From Psychromonas sp. (GTDB taxonomy: Bacteria > Pseudomonadota > Gammaproteobacteria > Enterobacterales > Psychromonadaceae): a stretch of 64,000 nucleotides of DNA. The stretch spans positions 2,261 to 66,260 of the forward strand of contig JBLHWW010000001.1 in NCBI GenBank assembly GCA_047629075.1, written 5' to 3'. Shown here one piece after another: positions 10,640 through 20,856 of the stretch (its first letter is position 1; each line of letters opens with the position of its first letter). The position numbers were made by a program, and so were the translations under genes. The notes under the pieces are model-generated. The model was given only the letters and a program-made list of their open reading frames with translations, ran no database searches and was not told the origin of the DNA.

Positions 10640-11001
10640 TATTTAGTCCGCATTTGAAATGTGGTTGCTGCATCTGCTGTATCTGTTGTAATACTTTCAA
10701 TGTTCACTGGCAGACCGTTAAAAGTCGCACTTAAATTACCTGGAGATAGATCGACTGTGATTAATTGACGTTCAGCAGTAACAAAAAAATCACCTCTGAC
10801 TATATTTACTCCGTCGATCTGTGATGATTCGTAATCACCCCGTATCCCCTCAATATTATCAATACCATTAGTTACAACGGATTGTGTGAGATAATCCGCG
10901 CCACCCGAACTAGTTAGAACCAAAGGTTCCTTGAAATCGCCAAAATGTTCATTTATGAGTTCTTTTGATAATTTCTGAAAAAAAACTTTAGTTAATAACA
11001 T
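10639..11001 (-). CDS. Head closure / head-tail joining protein
   Basis: Position in neck gene run; likely start ATG 11001 (MLLTKVFF) rather than 11061. Confidence 0.55.
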   Translation of the reverse strand: MLLTKVFFQKLSKELINEHFGDFKEPLVLTSSGGADYLTQSVVTNGIDNIEGIRGDYESSQIDGVNIVRGDFFVTAERQLITVDLSPGNLSATFNGLPVNIESITTDTADAATTFQMRTK

Positions 11002-11002
11002 T

Positions 11003-11509
11003 TCAAACCCTCTCGTTATGCCCAAAACCGCTATTGGATTTAAAAAGATCAGATAGCGCATTTCTTACGCTGCTAAATGTTTTTGTTGAGTAAGCGCCGC
11101 CTTTATGAAACTCCGCTTCCATATTATTTAATTTGCCAACTTTTAAATCTTGAACAGTCTCGTCAGTAATCAATGACTGTCCAGTGTTAGCAATTAAACC
11201 CGCCTCAAGTTGAGCTGTTTTTAACTGATGAGGTATTACATTAGACGCTAATAATTCGCAATGAATATAAACATATTTACGCGGGTAAGGTAAATTTTGA
11301 TTTAAGGGATCAACCTTTAGCCCCTTAAATGAGTTCCTCGATTCATATTGCAAAATAAGCTTGATTGCCTTTCTTTGCAATATGTCCCGGTCTGATTCCA
11401 GAGCGGGTAATGTAACGCCAAATTTTGCAGCATAAGCCACAAATTCAGCGTCCGTTGTAAAAGATTCGGCGCTAGCAACACCAGCGCCTGTCTCAACTAT
11501 TAACGCCAT
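11003..11509 (-). CDS. Head-tail adaptor (phage DnaT-like family)
   Basis: MALIVETGAGVASAESF...FKG.K....QNLPYPR...IPHQLKTAQLE motif typical of this neck family. Confidence 0.8.
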   Translation of the reverse strand: MALIVETGAGVASAESFTTDAEFVAYAAKFGVTLPALESDRDILQRKAIKLILQYESRNSFKGLKVDPLNQNLPYPRKYVYIHCELLASNVIPHQLKTAQLEAGLIANTGQSLITDETVQDLKVGKLNNMEAEFHKGGAYSTKTFSSVRNALSDLFKSNSGFGHNERV

Positions 11510-11775
11510 TATTCGGCGATTTCCTTGTACAATTCTGATAATTCAAATTTGCTTGAATTGCTGGCGAAATTTACGCCAGCAAGATCAAGTTCAAATTTAT
11601 ACCAGTTTGCACTGTTGATTTTGTGCGGGTTTTTACTATCATCCAAAACAAGACCAGGCTCAACAAGATCAGGCTCAACGTATACTTGGTGATCTTCCGT
11701 GAGGTCACATGTATTGATAAAGCAAAATCCGCGTTTACTTTGATTGTTGACGATTTTAGTCGTTGGAACTCTCAC
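11509..11775 (-). CDS. Small virion-associated hypothetical protein
   Basis: 88 aa immediately after capsid gene. Confidence 0.55.
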   Translation of the reverse strand: MRVPTTKIVNNQSKRGFCFINTCDLTEDHQVYVEPDLVEPGLVLDDSKNPHKINSANWYKFELDLAGVNFASNSSKFELSELYKEIAE

Positions 11776-11777
11776 AG

Positions 11778-12917
11778 TTAACCCACCAACATTGCGATAT
11801 GTTCCGGTTTGATCGCTTTAACACCCCAGAGAATTTGTACTCTGTAGCCTGTCACACCGTCGCCTTTCCACTCGGAAAATTCGAAAGCGATATTCGATCG
11901 TTCATCAGTGATGACGATTTCACCTGTTCTGGCATCACCGCCAGGAGCTTGTTCAGGTAACCGGGTGATTAGTTGTATCGCATTTCGCGTAAAACCGAGA
12001 TTAACTTCATACTCCGCAGACAATGTTACGGTTGCACCATCAATAATGGGTTTCATCAATCCAGGATTGTTGATAGTGATAACACTACCAGCAAAAGATT
12101 TAACGACGTATTTGTTTTGATCGCCTGAAATTACGACAATATCACCAGGGATGATTGTGCCAGTACCAGTATCAACCGCGATTGCGGTTGTTCCTTTAGC
12201 GTAACCAGCACCGTTATTAACCAAATAACCCGCCCCTGTTCCTGGAGTATGAACGACCGCCTGGCCTGTTTCTCGCACTGTAAAACCATGCACCGGTTGA
12301 CTAAAAGTACCGAGCCTCAGAAGATCGGAATCACCAGACTCATTGACTTTAGTAAGACTGGTATTTTCCAACGCGTTAGCACCAGATTCAGTATTTAAAA
12401 CTAGCTGTTTGCCCGCCATTGGGGCACCATTGTCTTTAAGTATTTTACCAACCTGGGCGGTGTCCTTCACTCCTGTTGCAAATGGAGTAGTTCCCGGCAC
12501 GCCGTATGCCCTGCAAGCATTCAAGTACCCTTCGGTTAACAAATCAAGCTCCATTTCATTTAGCAGCTCGCGTAGAGCTTCCGTAACGTTTGCCTGCAAC
12601 GTTGCGCTAACTGTTGCGCCACTATCCAAAGCCACGGCCTCTTCACCAGTAATAGCAAAGAAAACCATTCGGTCCTTTGTTAGTGAAACCTGGACTGCTT
12701 CAGTTACCAAATCGGTGGGCGTCTGAGTTGTCATGCTAGGAACGTTGTCACGTCCGGTTGCTTTAGTTGATACGTTAATTGTGATTGGTCGATTTAATCC
12801 CGCTCTAGCTGCGCTTAAGTTCATGCCAACCGAGGGAACCATGCCGATAATTTCTTTAGAAATTTCGTTTACTGAAGCAAAAAGTGTACCGTAAGCAAGT
12901 GTAAAAATGTTACTCAT
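11778..12917 (-). CDS. Major capsid protein (P22 gp5 coat family)
   Basis: 379 aa after scaffold; C-terminal ILWGVKAIKPEHIA and NLGFTRNAIQLITRLP motifs. Confidence 0.85.
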   Translation of the reverse strand: MSNIFTLAYGTLFASVNEISKEIIGMVPSVGMNLSAARAGLNRPITINVSTKATGRDNVPSMTTQTPTDLVTEAVQVSLTKDRMVFFAITGEEAVALDSGATVSATLQANVTEALRELLNEMELDLLTEGYLNACRAYGVPGTTPFATGVKDTAQVGKILKDNGAPMAGKQLVLNTESGANALENTSLTKVNESGDSDLLRLGTFSQPVHGFTVRETGQAVVHTPGTGAGYLVNNGAGYAKGTTAIAVDTGTGTIIPGDIVVISGDQNKYVVKSFAGSVITINNPGLMKPIIDGATVTLSAEYEVNLGFTRNAIQLITRLPEQAPGGDARTGEIVITDERSNIAFEFSEWKGDGVTGYRVQILWGVKAIKPEHIAMLVG

Positions 12918-12928
12918 AATTTATCCTG

Positions 12929-13774
12929 TTAATGTTGTGTGACGATACCGCCGCTTGTCATATATTTATGCTGTTCTGATGAGTTCATCAATTTGAACTT
13001 GTCATCACTCATTTTTTGCCTGTTAGTACCACTTTCAGAACCGCCACCCTGAGCGCCAACACCGCCTTTGGCCTGATGATTTTTAAATGGTTTAAAAAGA
13101 TCATCAGTTTCAAACGATGCTATCAAAGCATTTTGATCAGGCAATTCCCGACCAGAGTGGTCGGTGTAATGTAAAACGCCGTTAATATTTTCAACTCGGC
13201 CCGTGGCTTTTAGCATTTCAGCCACGCCTTTAGAACTTGCCGCGTTAGAATAACCGGCAGCAATAGTTTGGACGGCTGATGATAGCTGTAGGCTATAGCT
13301 TTCAAGTTTAACTTTTTCGGCTTGATCAATGAGTTCTTTGTTCGTTAATTCGAGGGCTGTGAATCGCGCTTTTTCCAGGAGCATTGCAGCGTCAGCATTT
13401 GATTGAGCCTGATCAGACAACTTTTTTGAAACTGCCATTGCCTCGTCATGCTTACCCTTTGATAGGTAATTTCCCAGTTCGTCAGTAAGCGCTTGCTTCG
13501 CCGCCTCTGCCGTCGCCGTTTCAAGCGCTAATTTGTCGGCTTCTTGATTTTTAATAAAATTAGCAAGTTTTAATTGGCTTTCTTTGCTCGCTTGATTTGC
13601 AATTTCAGTAGCGGCGTTCGCAGCAGTCAAACCAAGATTACCTTCATTTAGCTGCGCTTGCATAGCGATCATTTCGTTGTGAACGTATGATACTCCGGCA
13701 TCACTTTTCACTTCGGAATAATTGTCGCCCTCATCGTCTGGGATGTCTTGTTTATTTAAGTAGGATAGAGCCAT
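12929..13774 (-). CDS. Capsid scaffolding protein
   Basis: Coiled-coil, Gly-rich linker near C-terminus (KGGVGAQGGGS), between portal and capsid. Confidence 0.75.
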   Translation of the reverse strand: MALSYLNKQDIPDDEGDNYSEVKSDAGVSYVHNEMIAMQAQLNEGNLGLTAANAATEIANQASKESQLKLANFIKNQEADKLALETATAEAAKQALTDELGNYLSKGKHDEAMAVSKKLSDQAQSNADAAMLLEKARFTALELTNKELIDQAEKVKLESYSLQLSSAVQTIAAGYSNAASSKGVAEMLKATGRVENINGVLHYTDHSGRELPDQNALIASFETDDLFKPFKNHQAKGGVGAQGGGSESGTNRQKMSDDKFKLMNSSEQHKYMTSGGIVTQH

Positions 13775-13863
13775 TATTATCGGGCCTTACGTTGATTAGT
13801 TTCATTACTTAGTCAAATATACTATCTATTGGCGTAAATAACAACATAGTAACTATATAAATA

Positions 13864-13898
13864 TTAGTCAAGTTAACTAATTTAGTCAAATTGACTAA
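13864..13898. promoter_or_regulatory. Two adjacent 17-bp palindromic operator-like sites (TTAGTCAA-N-TTRACTAA)
   Basis: TTAGTCAAGTTAACTAA 13864-13880 and TTAGTCAAATTGACTAA 13882-13898; half sites at 13809, 15392, 19804. Confidence 0.5.
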
Positions 13899-13901
13899 TG
13901 A

Positions 13902-15368
13902 TTATTCTCCAGTTAATGTTGCTCGCTTCAAGATATCCTCAACATCCCCAATCAAAACACCACCGGATTTTAACTGAAGAAGCGCTTCCTCCCGATCAGT
14001 CACACCATCTAAATATGATTTTCGGATAACATCTTGTTGTTGTGGCGATATTTTTACTTTGTCGAATTCTTTGTTTATGGTTAATTTTATATTTTCGAAA
14101 TTAGGCGCTGATTCCATAAATTGAAGACATGATTTAAGCGACCTCATATAACCGGCTTCGGTTGAAGTCGCTATATTGATTAGGCTAGATAAAACCTCTG
14201 CTTGTTTTAGCTGTGCGACCCCCACCGCCTCATCATTGCTGTCTGATGTATTAAAAGCGCCGCCAAGTGCTCTGATTTGTTTTTGATTGTTATCCATAAA
14301 TACTACAAAAGCGTTATTATCTCCATCCCAAGTTAAGTATCCTATATTGCCACCTGGCGGTAACGGTATGTGGGCATCAATCCCCGATCCAAACGTCTCT
14401 GATCCCGTCATGTCTTTAAAAATTTCAAAAGAGTGTGCATCCCAACCTGAACTCCAAGCTGTGGGGGATCCGGCTTTGTGTAGACTAGCCATGTAATCAG
14501 CACTAACCTGATACCTAGTTATCGTTTTCAAGCATATTGGATATAAAATCCCCATTGATTTGGGTATAGAATGCATACTATCTTTTTGATCAATGATAAT
14601 TTCAAATGGAATTTTTTTAAATGTATTACCGCTGCCGTCTCGTGGGTATTTTTTTTCAGAAAGCTCTTGAGAGCTACCTTCGCTGCCGGGTTCCGGCTTT
14701 GTCGCTTTGCGCTGATAATAACCGATATCATCTAACCCTAAAATTAATCTGCTTGTTAGGTTTTTACGCTGGCCCGTTTCATGATCGACAACTGCTATTT
14801 CTTCAGTTAATTTAGCATAAACAAGCTGCTTAATTCCGTTAACAACTCCAAAATCCCAATCAACTAATGACTGGCGCGGATAGTGTTTTATAGTCGCTTT
14901 AAAACCCATAGATTTTGCTTGAGCATCGGTAAGATCACCTTCGATGTCTACACCGTTATAATCAGATAATAAACAATGGAATTTAACTTGTGCAATACTT
15001 GATTGAGTCATCTCAATTGACTCTGATAGTGGTGTACCTGATCCGTCTGAGTCCGATACAAGGTAATCTATGCTTTTTGGCAATTCTATGTTGGGTGGAC
15101 TTGCTGACATAGCGCCGCACCATCGACTCAGTGTGTGAGCTGGAATTCCATCAAATTCCGCTCGATCTTTATACGCTAAAAACTTCGCATCGTTGTGACC
15201 ATTATAATTTACATAATCTTTAGCTTCAGACGGATTTTTAAGATATTCGGCATTGCGATCGCCGTATTTAACACACCAACTACCCTGGACACAATCCAGG
15301 ACCAGCCTGACCTGTTCAATCGTGTCTGAATAATGTGGATGTGTAGTGTTGAAAATAAAACTGTCCAT
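13902..15368 (-). CDS. Portal protein (DUF4055-like)
   Basis: 488 aa; YKDRAEF...DSDGSGTPL...YQVSADY...LHKAGSPT motifs; upstream of scaffold and capsid. Confidence 0.85.
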   Translation of the reverse strand: MDSFIFNTTHPHYSDTIEQVRLVLDCVQGSWCVKYGDRNAEYLKNPSEAKDYVNYNGHNDAKFLAYKDRAEFDGIPAHTLSRWCGAMSASPPNIELPKSIDYLVSDSDGSGTPLSESIEMTQSSIAQVKFHCLLSDYNGVDIEGDLTDAQAKSMGFKATIKHYPRQSLVDWDFGVVNGIKQLVYAKLTEEIAVVDHETGQRKNLTSRLILGLDDIGYYQRKATKPEPGSEGSSQELSEKKYPRDGSGNTFKKIPFEIIIDQKDSMHSIPKSMGILYPICLKTITRYQVSADYMASLHKAGSPTAWSSGWDAHSFEIFKDMTGSETFGSGIDAHIPLPPGGNIGYLTWDGDNNAFVVFMDNNQKQIRALGGAFNTSDSNDEAVGVAQLKQAEVLSSLINIATSTEAGYMRSLKSCLQFMESAPNFENIKLTINKEFDKVKISPQQQDVIRKSYLDGVTDREEALLQLKSGGVLIGDVEDILKRATLTGE

Positions 15369-15398
15369 GATTAACCCGTAAAAACCATTAATTAGTCA

Positions 15399-15426
15399 AT
15401 CATACCACTATTTAGTTAATTTGCAA
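15399..15426 (-). promoter_or_regulatory. Putative sigma70-like promoter for portal operon
   Basis: Minus strand TTGCAA-16 nt-TATGAT with TG extension, followed by TGACTAA motif. Confidence 0.4.
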
Positions 15427-15427
15427 T

Positions 15428-16603
15428 TTAGTCTAACCCGGCACGTTTAAAGTTTTTTTCAAATCTAGGTATATTCCTTAGCTGATCGATTGTCAGAGGC
15501 ATATCATTAGCGTCTGTAAAATCATTAACGCTAAATCCGCCATCAAGAAACAACCGACCTCTTGTTGGTCCAAATTTATCTAGTATAAAAGCATCAGGTT
15601 GATCTCTCAACCATTGATCTGTTGTAGTTTTTGAAGAAACCCGCTTGATACCGTAAACATCAGTGTCAGCTCTACCCCGATATTTGGGCTTGCGTTTGTA
15701 ATCAGCTATATCATTTGATTTTCCACCTACTGAAGGACGCATTCCGGATAGTGCATCAGTACCGGCAACTTGCACTATATAAACAGATCGTTCATTAAAA
15801 TGAAATGGTAATCTAGGGTACGTGTCGTCGTTAATGTCATACTCTCGCAAATTGCGGCTGTAACAAATGGGGGTTGTTCGATTATCTAAAGTGGCAAACA
15901 AAATCCTTACATCAATGATATCAGCATTCATCAAATAAAGTTTGTCTCTTGCTGCGTTAGCGTAGTGATTAGTGCCAGTTCTAACCAAGGTTGCGGCATT
16001 TCTTAATTGCGTTGCATTGGTAATTATCCCCCCCATATATCTTTTTTCTGACCTGTTATAATTCCCTCTTAAGTCAGTTACTATTTCGGAATTTGACTTT
16101 CCACTTTGATACCCACTTAATATAGTGCTGACAATTTCTTTGGATAATTTATCAGTATTTGTTCTGACAAATTCAGCCCAAACACCTGTTATAGTCCTTG
16201 CCAAAGCGTTTTTTGTGGCCGGGATGTTAATCGACAACAACGCAGCTTTAACCGCTGTGGTGATCGCTGATTCTGATGTCATTGTGAAATTGGCATCAAC
16301 AATATCATTGTAAATCCCCATGACATGATCCGCATCAAGCAACGCCATTTTTTCTAACTGCGTTGTTATTTCGGCCCACATGGTTGTCCATTGGTCAATA
16401 AATTCCTTAGTTATCAGTTTTTCAGCGGCGTTCCTTTCAACCCGATTCAGATCCGAACCCTCTCCCTGTGCGCCAATAATCCTTGGTGCTAGCCTAGCCA
16501 TTTCTTTGATGGTTTTATTTATGTGCTCAATGATGAGGTGAGAAGCGAATCTTTGCAGGTAAACTTCTCTTCTCAAAAGAGTATCAGTAATTGTATGTTT
16601 CAA
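15428..16603 (-). CDS. Head morphogenesis / minor head protein (SPP1 gp7 / Mu gpF-like)
   Basis: ATLVRTGTNH...ATLDNRTTPIC...PRLPFHFNERS motif. Confidence 0.85.
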   Translation of the reverse strand: MKHTITDTLLRREVYLQRFASHLIIEHINKTIKEMARLAPRIIGAQGEGSDLNRVERNAAEKLITKEFIDQWTTMWAEITTQLEKMALLDADHVMGIYNDIVDANFTMTSESAITTAVKAALLSINIPATKNALARTITGVWAEFVRTNTDKLSKEIVSTILSGYQSGKSNSEIVTDLRGNYNRSEKRYMGGIITNATQLRNAATLVRTGTNHYANAARDKLYLMNADIIDVRILFATLDNRTTPICYSRNLREYDINDDTYPRLPFHFNERSVYIVQVAGTDALSGMRPSVGGKSNDIADYKRKPKYRGRADTDVYGIKRVSSKTTTDQWLRDQPDAFILDKFGPTRGRLFLDGGFSVNDFTDANDMPLTIDQLRNIPRFEKNFKRAGLD

Positions 16604-16794
16604 CTTTCTTTACTCTTTTATGTTTAGACAAACAAGCTCGGTTTGTTTTCATAGGCATTGACCTTGGTTTCTTCGTTTTCACGCTCAAAAAAAGGCATTT
16701 GTTTATTTGCAGACATGTTAATTTCTCCAATTGATTTTATGTGACTTTAGCATAATTTTAGTGATATTAAAAACTGGCGTGAATTCAAGGCAAT

Positions 16795-16819
16795 AAAAAA
16801 CCCCAACCAAGGGGTTTTT
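16795..16819. terminator. Intrinsic terminator, possibly bidirectional
   Basis: AAAAAACCCC-AACCAA-GGGGTTTTT. Confidence 0.6.
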
Positions 16820-16929
16820 AATAGGGTCTAATTCGCTGGGGTTGTTATGGGGTGTCTACTGTAACTTACGTATATTATAAAGTGTTTTACTATACATTGT
16901 TAATTATCAAATCTGACCTGCTTACTTTT

Positions 16930-17691
16930 TCATTCATTCACGCTGCGGAGAGCATCAAATAAATTATCCCGTTCTTGTTGCCAATATTCAAACTGTGTTG
17001 AATCCCATGCTGAAAGCAATTCTGAAAGACATGCTGAAAATCCTCCTGCAACTGCTGAACGTGGCGCCGAATGTGCCGAATATACTGATTCTGCTGACAA
17101 TCCCGCCGAATATGCCGCTGACTCTGCGGCTGACTCTGCGGCTGACTCTGCGGCTGTAAAAAAGCCTGGGGATTCTGACCATGATTTGTGTGCTGCTTTC
17201 TGCGCGGCCCTCCACTGTCTAATAAGGGCGAATAACACCACCTCTTTATGTGCTTTTGTGTTTGCTGACTGCCACATTTCAATTGTTGCATTCTCCCAAT
17301 TCTGGTGTAATTCAATCACCGCATTGATGCAAGGTTTTATTTCACCCGTTGCTACCGCTGCTAACGGCGTTAACCGGGCAATTGCCGTTAAATGTAAAAC
17401 TGGGGTTAAATCGGTATCAACCGGGATCAACTCGAGCAACTGTACCGGAAAAAATACAGCTTCTCCTTCCGGTAATCCCTCAAAAATAGCTTCTGACAGA
17501 TAAACGAACCAAAGGGGCACACCCATAAATACCGCTGCTTTTTCTAGCGCGTTATCATCCGTTTGCATCATGCACCCGTAACAGCAGCCTACGCCGGAAA
17601 TTGGGTTAAACCAATCTCCCTGTTGAATTAGATCTGCAACCTGGTGGCCTTTCATCAGTTCGATTGCCGTTTCTTTTTGTAATTTGTTCAT
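16930..17691 (-). CDS. Hypothetical protein with AAES repeats, family 2 copy A
   Basis: First 140 codons nearly identical to 57987..58643; GCCYGC motif; AAES x3. Confidence 0.85.
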   Translation of the reverse strand: MNKLQKETAIELMKGHQVADLIQQGDWFNPISGVGCCYGCMMQTDDNALEKAAVFMGVPLWFVYLSEAIFEGLPEGEAVFFPVQLLELIPVDTDLTPVLHLTAIARLTPLAAVATGEIKPCINAVIELHQNWENATIEMWQSANTKAHKEVVLFALIRQWRAAQKAAHKSWSESPGFFTAAESAAESAAESAAYSAGLSAESVYSAHSAPRSAVAGGFSACLSELLSAWDSTQFEYWQQERDNLFDALRSVNE

Positions 17692-17753
17692 CGTTCTTCA
17701 CCTTTATTTTGTTTTTTAAGGCCAGGCAAACAATCCACCTGGGCCTGCCTTTG

Positions 17754-18218
17754 TTATAATAATTCGCCGCTGGGTAGGTTGCTTGCTCCTTTATCGAGGA
17801 TGCTCATAGCAATCACAGCTTGGTTAGCGCACTCATCCAGCGGCAAATCTGTTTTTTGAATTATACTACACATTAATCTCACACACGTTTCTCTACGCCA
17901 AGCAATGTGCGATTCATTGGTCGATTCAATGCTGGTAATATGATCACCTGCCTTTTCTTGCTGCTGATTTTGTTTTTTGACTTTGCTAATGGCATTGTCA
18001 ATAAATTTACAATCATGGGCATCTGGGTTCCTAAAATATTTAACCCAGCCTAAAACGTTCCCATTGCAATCAATCAGATCGATCGTTATACCACCAAAAC
18101 AACTATTACGGTTTGTAAACCCAACCCGCCAACCCGTCGGCTTTAATTTTTTAATTCTGTCTAAAAGTTTCCCATTCAGTTCGTTTATAGTGTTTATAGT
18201 GCTTATATGGTCATTCAT
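17754..18218 (-). CDS. Hypothetical protein
   Basis: 154 aa ORF, RBS-like GAGG upstream. Confidence 0.6.
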   Translation of the reverse strand: MNDHISTINTINELNGKLLDRIKKLKPTGWRVGFTNRNSCFGGITIDLIDCNGNVLGWVKYFRNPDAHDCKFIDNAISKVKKQNQQQEKAGDHITSIESTNESHIAWRRETCVRLMCSIIQKTDLPLDECANQAVIAMSILDKGASNLPSGELL

Positions 18219-18431
18219 TATTTCTAAACCTCAATTTAATGGTTAAGCCTAGCCGAATCTTTTGTTATACTAAATCAATTAATAATTTATTGCGATGCTA
18301 CAATCTATTTAGATTAAAGACAGTGCAAGGTGGGCGGCTACTAAAAGTGCCAGTAAACCCTCAGATAGCATTCTTTCTGCCAGCGTGGGCGGCGCAAGGG
18401 TTGTTTTTGTATCGATATGCAATGTCATTTT

Positions 18432-18698
18432 TTAATCCTCTGTTTCGGAATAATCAAAGCTGCTTGCATCAACTACAACCCCCCAAAATTCAAAAGCTTT
18501 TTTAATAAACATGGCCCAGTCTTTTTCATTCACAGCGCCGTGTGTGCAAAAACGACACTCAGGTGCTCCAGCCATTTGATCGCTGATACTATTGTGTAAA
18601 TCTATGCCGTATTTACTAAACCTACCAACTGTGGACCCATCATCACAATGAATCCAAACAGTGTCTCGGTTGGCACTAGTTTGTATTTCATATTTCAT
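18432..18698 (-). CDS. Hypothetical phage protein
   Basis: 88 aa, overlaps upstream gene stop; C..CTH motif. Confidence 0.65.
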   Translation of the reverse strand: MKYEIQTSANRDTVWIHCDDGSTVGRFSKYGIDLHNSISDQMAGAPECRFCTHGAVNEKDWAMFIKKAFEFWGVVVDASSFDYSETED

Positions 18699-19041
18699 GT
18701 TTTATTTTCTTATGGGCTGGTTGAGAGATTGCAATCAATCCGCGACCGCTGCTATCTTTTCTAATGAACGCGTGTATCAGCTCCTTTGTTATCGCTGTTT
18801 GAGTGATCGGAGTTATTGGTAACAGTGCTGTAGCAACTGCGCAAAACGCCTCCATTTCGATACCCCATTTATCAAATAGCAACTCGTCTAAATCGACATT
18901 TTCATTTATCGCGTCTACCATCTGAGTTTCATTCATACCGATAGCTGATAGTGCCAGCTCTTCTAAATCATAAACTAGAAAGCTGGGTTTAAGTCGTTTA
19001 TTTTTAGGTTCAATGGCTGTTTTGCTTTTTACGTTGCTCAT
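18688..19041 (-). CDS. Hypothetical protein
   Basis: 117 aa ORF in coupled run. Confidence 0.65.
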   Translation of the reverse strand: MSNVKSKTAIEPKNKRLKPSFLVYDLEELALSAIGMNETQMVDAINENVDLDELLFDKWGIEMEAFCAVATALLPITPITQTAITKELIHAFIRKDSSGRGLIAISQPAHKKIKHEI

Positions 19042-19071
19042 ATTTATTCATCCTTTGCAGTTGATTTAATG

Positions 19072-19293
19072 TTAGTTATTTTCTTTTAATGCGCCCGGAT
19101 TTTTGGGCGCTTTTGGTGTTGATAAATAATCTGCGATGGTTTCCAGCTCGACTGATAGCTCAAAAAAATCTGAACCTTGGTAAGCTTGCGCTTCGCCGTT
19201 ACTTGCTCTGAGCGAATTTTCAGCTTCCATACCTTTTATTTCTGCATCTATGGACATTGCTCTGATCAACGTTATAGTATATGGATTGTTCAT
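19072..19293 (-). CDS. Hypothetical protein
   Basis: 73 aa, AGGAG RBS. Confidence 0.65.
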   Translation of the reverse strand: MNNPYTITLIRAMSIDAEIKGMEAENSLRASNGEAQAYQGSDFFELSVELETIADYLSTPKAPKNPGALKENN

Positions 19294-19403
19294 TGTTCTA
19301 CTCCTGTTTTAAATTAATTTTAACCTACCCAACCCTTTACGAGCTGGGTTTTATTTATTCTATTTAGTTTTGATTTGCTGCCCACCAGTCTGTTCTTAAC
19401 AGC

Positions 19404-19709
19404 TCATCTTCTAACATTTTTATATTCCTCAAATTGTGTTGTCATCGCTAACCATTCTGCCGCTTTTGACTCTACTTTAGACCACGCCGTACCGGTGCCG
19501 TGCTCAATGGAATCCCATTTAATATAAAATCCGTACTCCTCAGAACCCTCTTGCATTCCCCTAGGTGCATACACTAACTCCCCCTCGCAATCAGGACCGG
19601 TGTAATTCAAACCGTACAAGTAGCCACTGTCAGCGACACCCTCGCCTCTAGTAATGCCCATTCTTGCCAGCTCGTCAAAGTTTTCGTTGATAATTTCTTC
19701 AGTTGTCAT
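19404..19709 (-). CDS. Hypothetical protein
   Basis: 101 aa, first gene of leftward unit, AGGA RBS. Confidence 0.65.
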   Translation of the reverse strand: MTTEEIINENFDELARMGITRGEGVADSGYLYGLNYTGPDCEGELVYAPRGMQEGSEEYGFYIKWDSIEHGTGTAWSKVESKAAEWLAMTTQFEEYKNVRR

Positions 19710-19862
19710 TTCATTTTCCTGTTAAGTATTTTTTTAATCTGCCAAAGCGGCCCTTTTGATTTACACTGAGTATAGGCGATTAAAAACAAAAGTAAACTTA
19801 TATTTGACTAAACGAAAAAATAATACGATAATAGGCTTATCACTTAATAAAGAGTAATAAAT

Positions 19863-20045
19863 ATGAATGCAACACGAAAATTAACTAAACAAGTCAAAAT
19901 CTTTGACCGTGTACACGCAATGGCTAAAGAGATTGTGGATTATCAAATGGAAGGCAACGTGTCACCATCAACTATACAAGGAGTTATCAATCAGGCTGTA
20001 ATTGACGCTCACGATCGGATGAAAAAAAAGGAGAAGAAGCAATGA
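19863..20045 (+). CDS. Hypothetical protein
   Basis: First gene of plus-strand block; ATGA coupling to next. Confidence 0.6.
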   Translation: MNATRKLTKQVKIFDRVHAMAKEIVDYQMEGNVSPSTIQGVINQAVIDAHDRMKKKEKKQ

Positions 20046-20446
20046 GTGAATCTGAATCTATATTAAAAGAAATCACTATTGATATATCACGGCTAATATC
20101 AGAGTTAAAACCTGATCAAATCGCAAGCATTTGCAAAATCGGTACGTTTATTTCAGATGGTGCGTTATTTTCCTCCTCTGGTTTTATTAAAACAAGACAA
20201 GAAAATATAGCGCAATTTTTGAAGTCCTTTAGTGTTTTTAATATAACAATTTACCGCAATATCGAAACTGCATACATACAAATAACAAACACTAAAGGGC
20301 TGATGTTTGGCATTGAGTTAACACTAATCGAGGCAGGGCAGTCAGATGTCATTGCAGAGGCCTGGAGCCATGCAACGAATGCATTTAAAGCAGATGAAAT
20401 CATTTCTAATAGCATGATAATAAAACCAGAGGAGAAGAGGCAATGA
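20042..20446 (+). CDS. Hypothetical protein, tandem paralogue 1
   Basis: Shares LKEI..IS.LIS.L and F.IELTL..A.Q..IAE.W..A...F.A with next gene. Confidence 0.7.
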   Translation: MSESESILKEITIDISRLISELKPDQIASICKIGTFISDGALFSSSGFIKTRQENIAQFLKSFSVFNITIYRNIETAYIQITNTKGLMFGIELTLIEAGQSDVIAEAWSHATNAFKADEIISNSMIIKPEEKRQ

Positions 20447-20805
20447 GCGGCGAATTAAAAGAAATCTCGTATAATATATCAACACTGATATCATCGCTAA
20501 TTGACGGTGAATCTTTAACTGTTTGCAACGGCGATTTCATTTTGCCAAAAAGTTATGTGAGCATTTTTCCGCAGCAATTACTTTATATGCCGGAATTGTT
20601 GCAGCATTTAGGTGTTTCTAGGCTGTCAATATATCGCTACGAAAAAACTGCAAACATAGTAATAACATACACTGGTGATAACATGTTTAGCATTGAGTTA
20701 ACGCTAGATCAGGCAGAGCAGCCGGTAATAATTGCAGAGACCTGGAACGATGCGCATTCAAAATTTAACGCACGTAAAGTAGCGGGTCCTAGTGCGATAT
20801 ATTGA
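20443..20805 (+). CDS. Hypothetical protein, tandem paralogue 2
   Basis: Paralogue of 20042..20446, ATGA coupled. Confidence 0.7.
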   Translation: MSGELKEISYNISTLISSLIDGESLTVCNGDFILPKSYVSIFPQQLLYMPELLQHLGVSRLSIYRYEKTANIVITYTGDNMFSIELTLDQAEQPVIIAETWNDAHSKFNARKVAGPSAIY

Positions 20806-20856
20806 TAGCAATCTATCTCGTACAGCATCAATTTTAAACAAAAGAGGTTAAAGGTT

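Noticed and set aside
170-16313. Plus-strand short ORFs across the virion module (e.g. 170..370, 1413..1703, 12343..12726)
   Set aside because: Antisense to well-supported structural genes, no motifs
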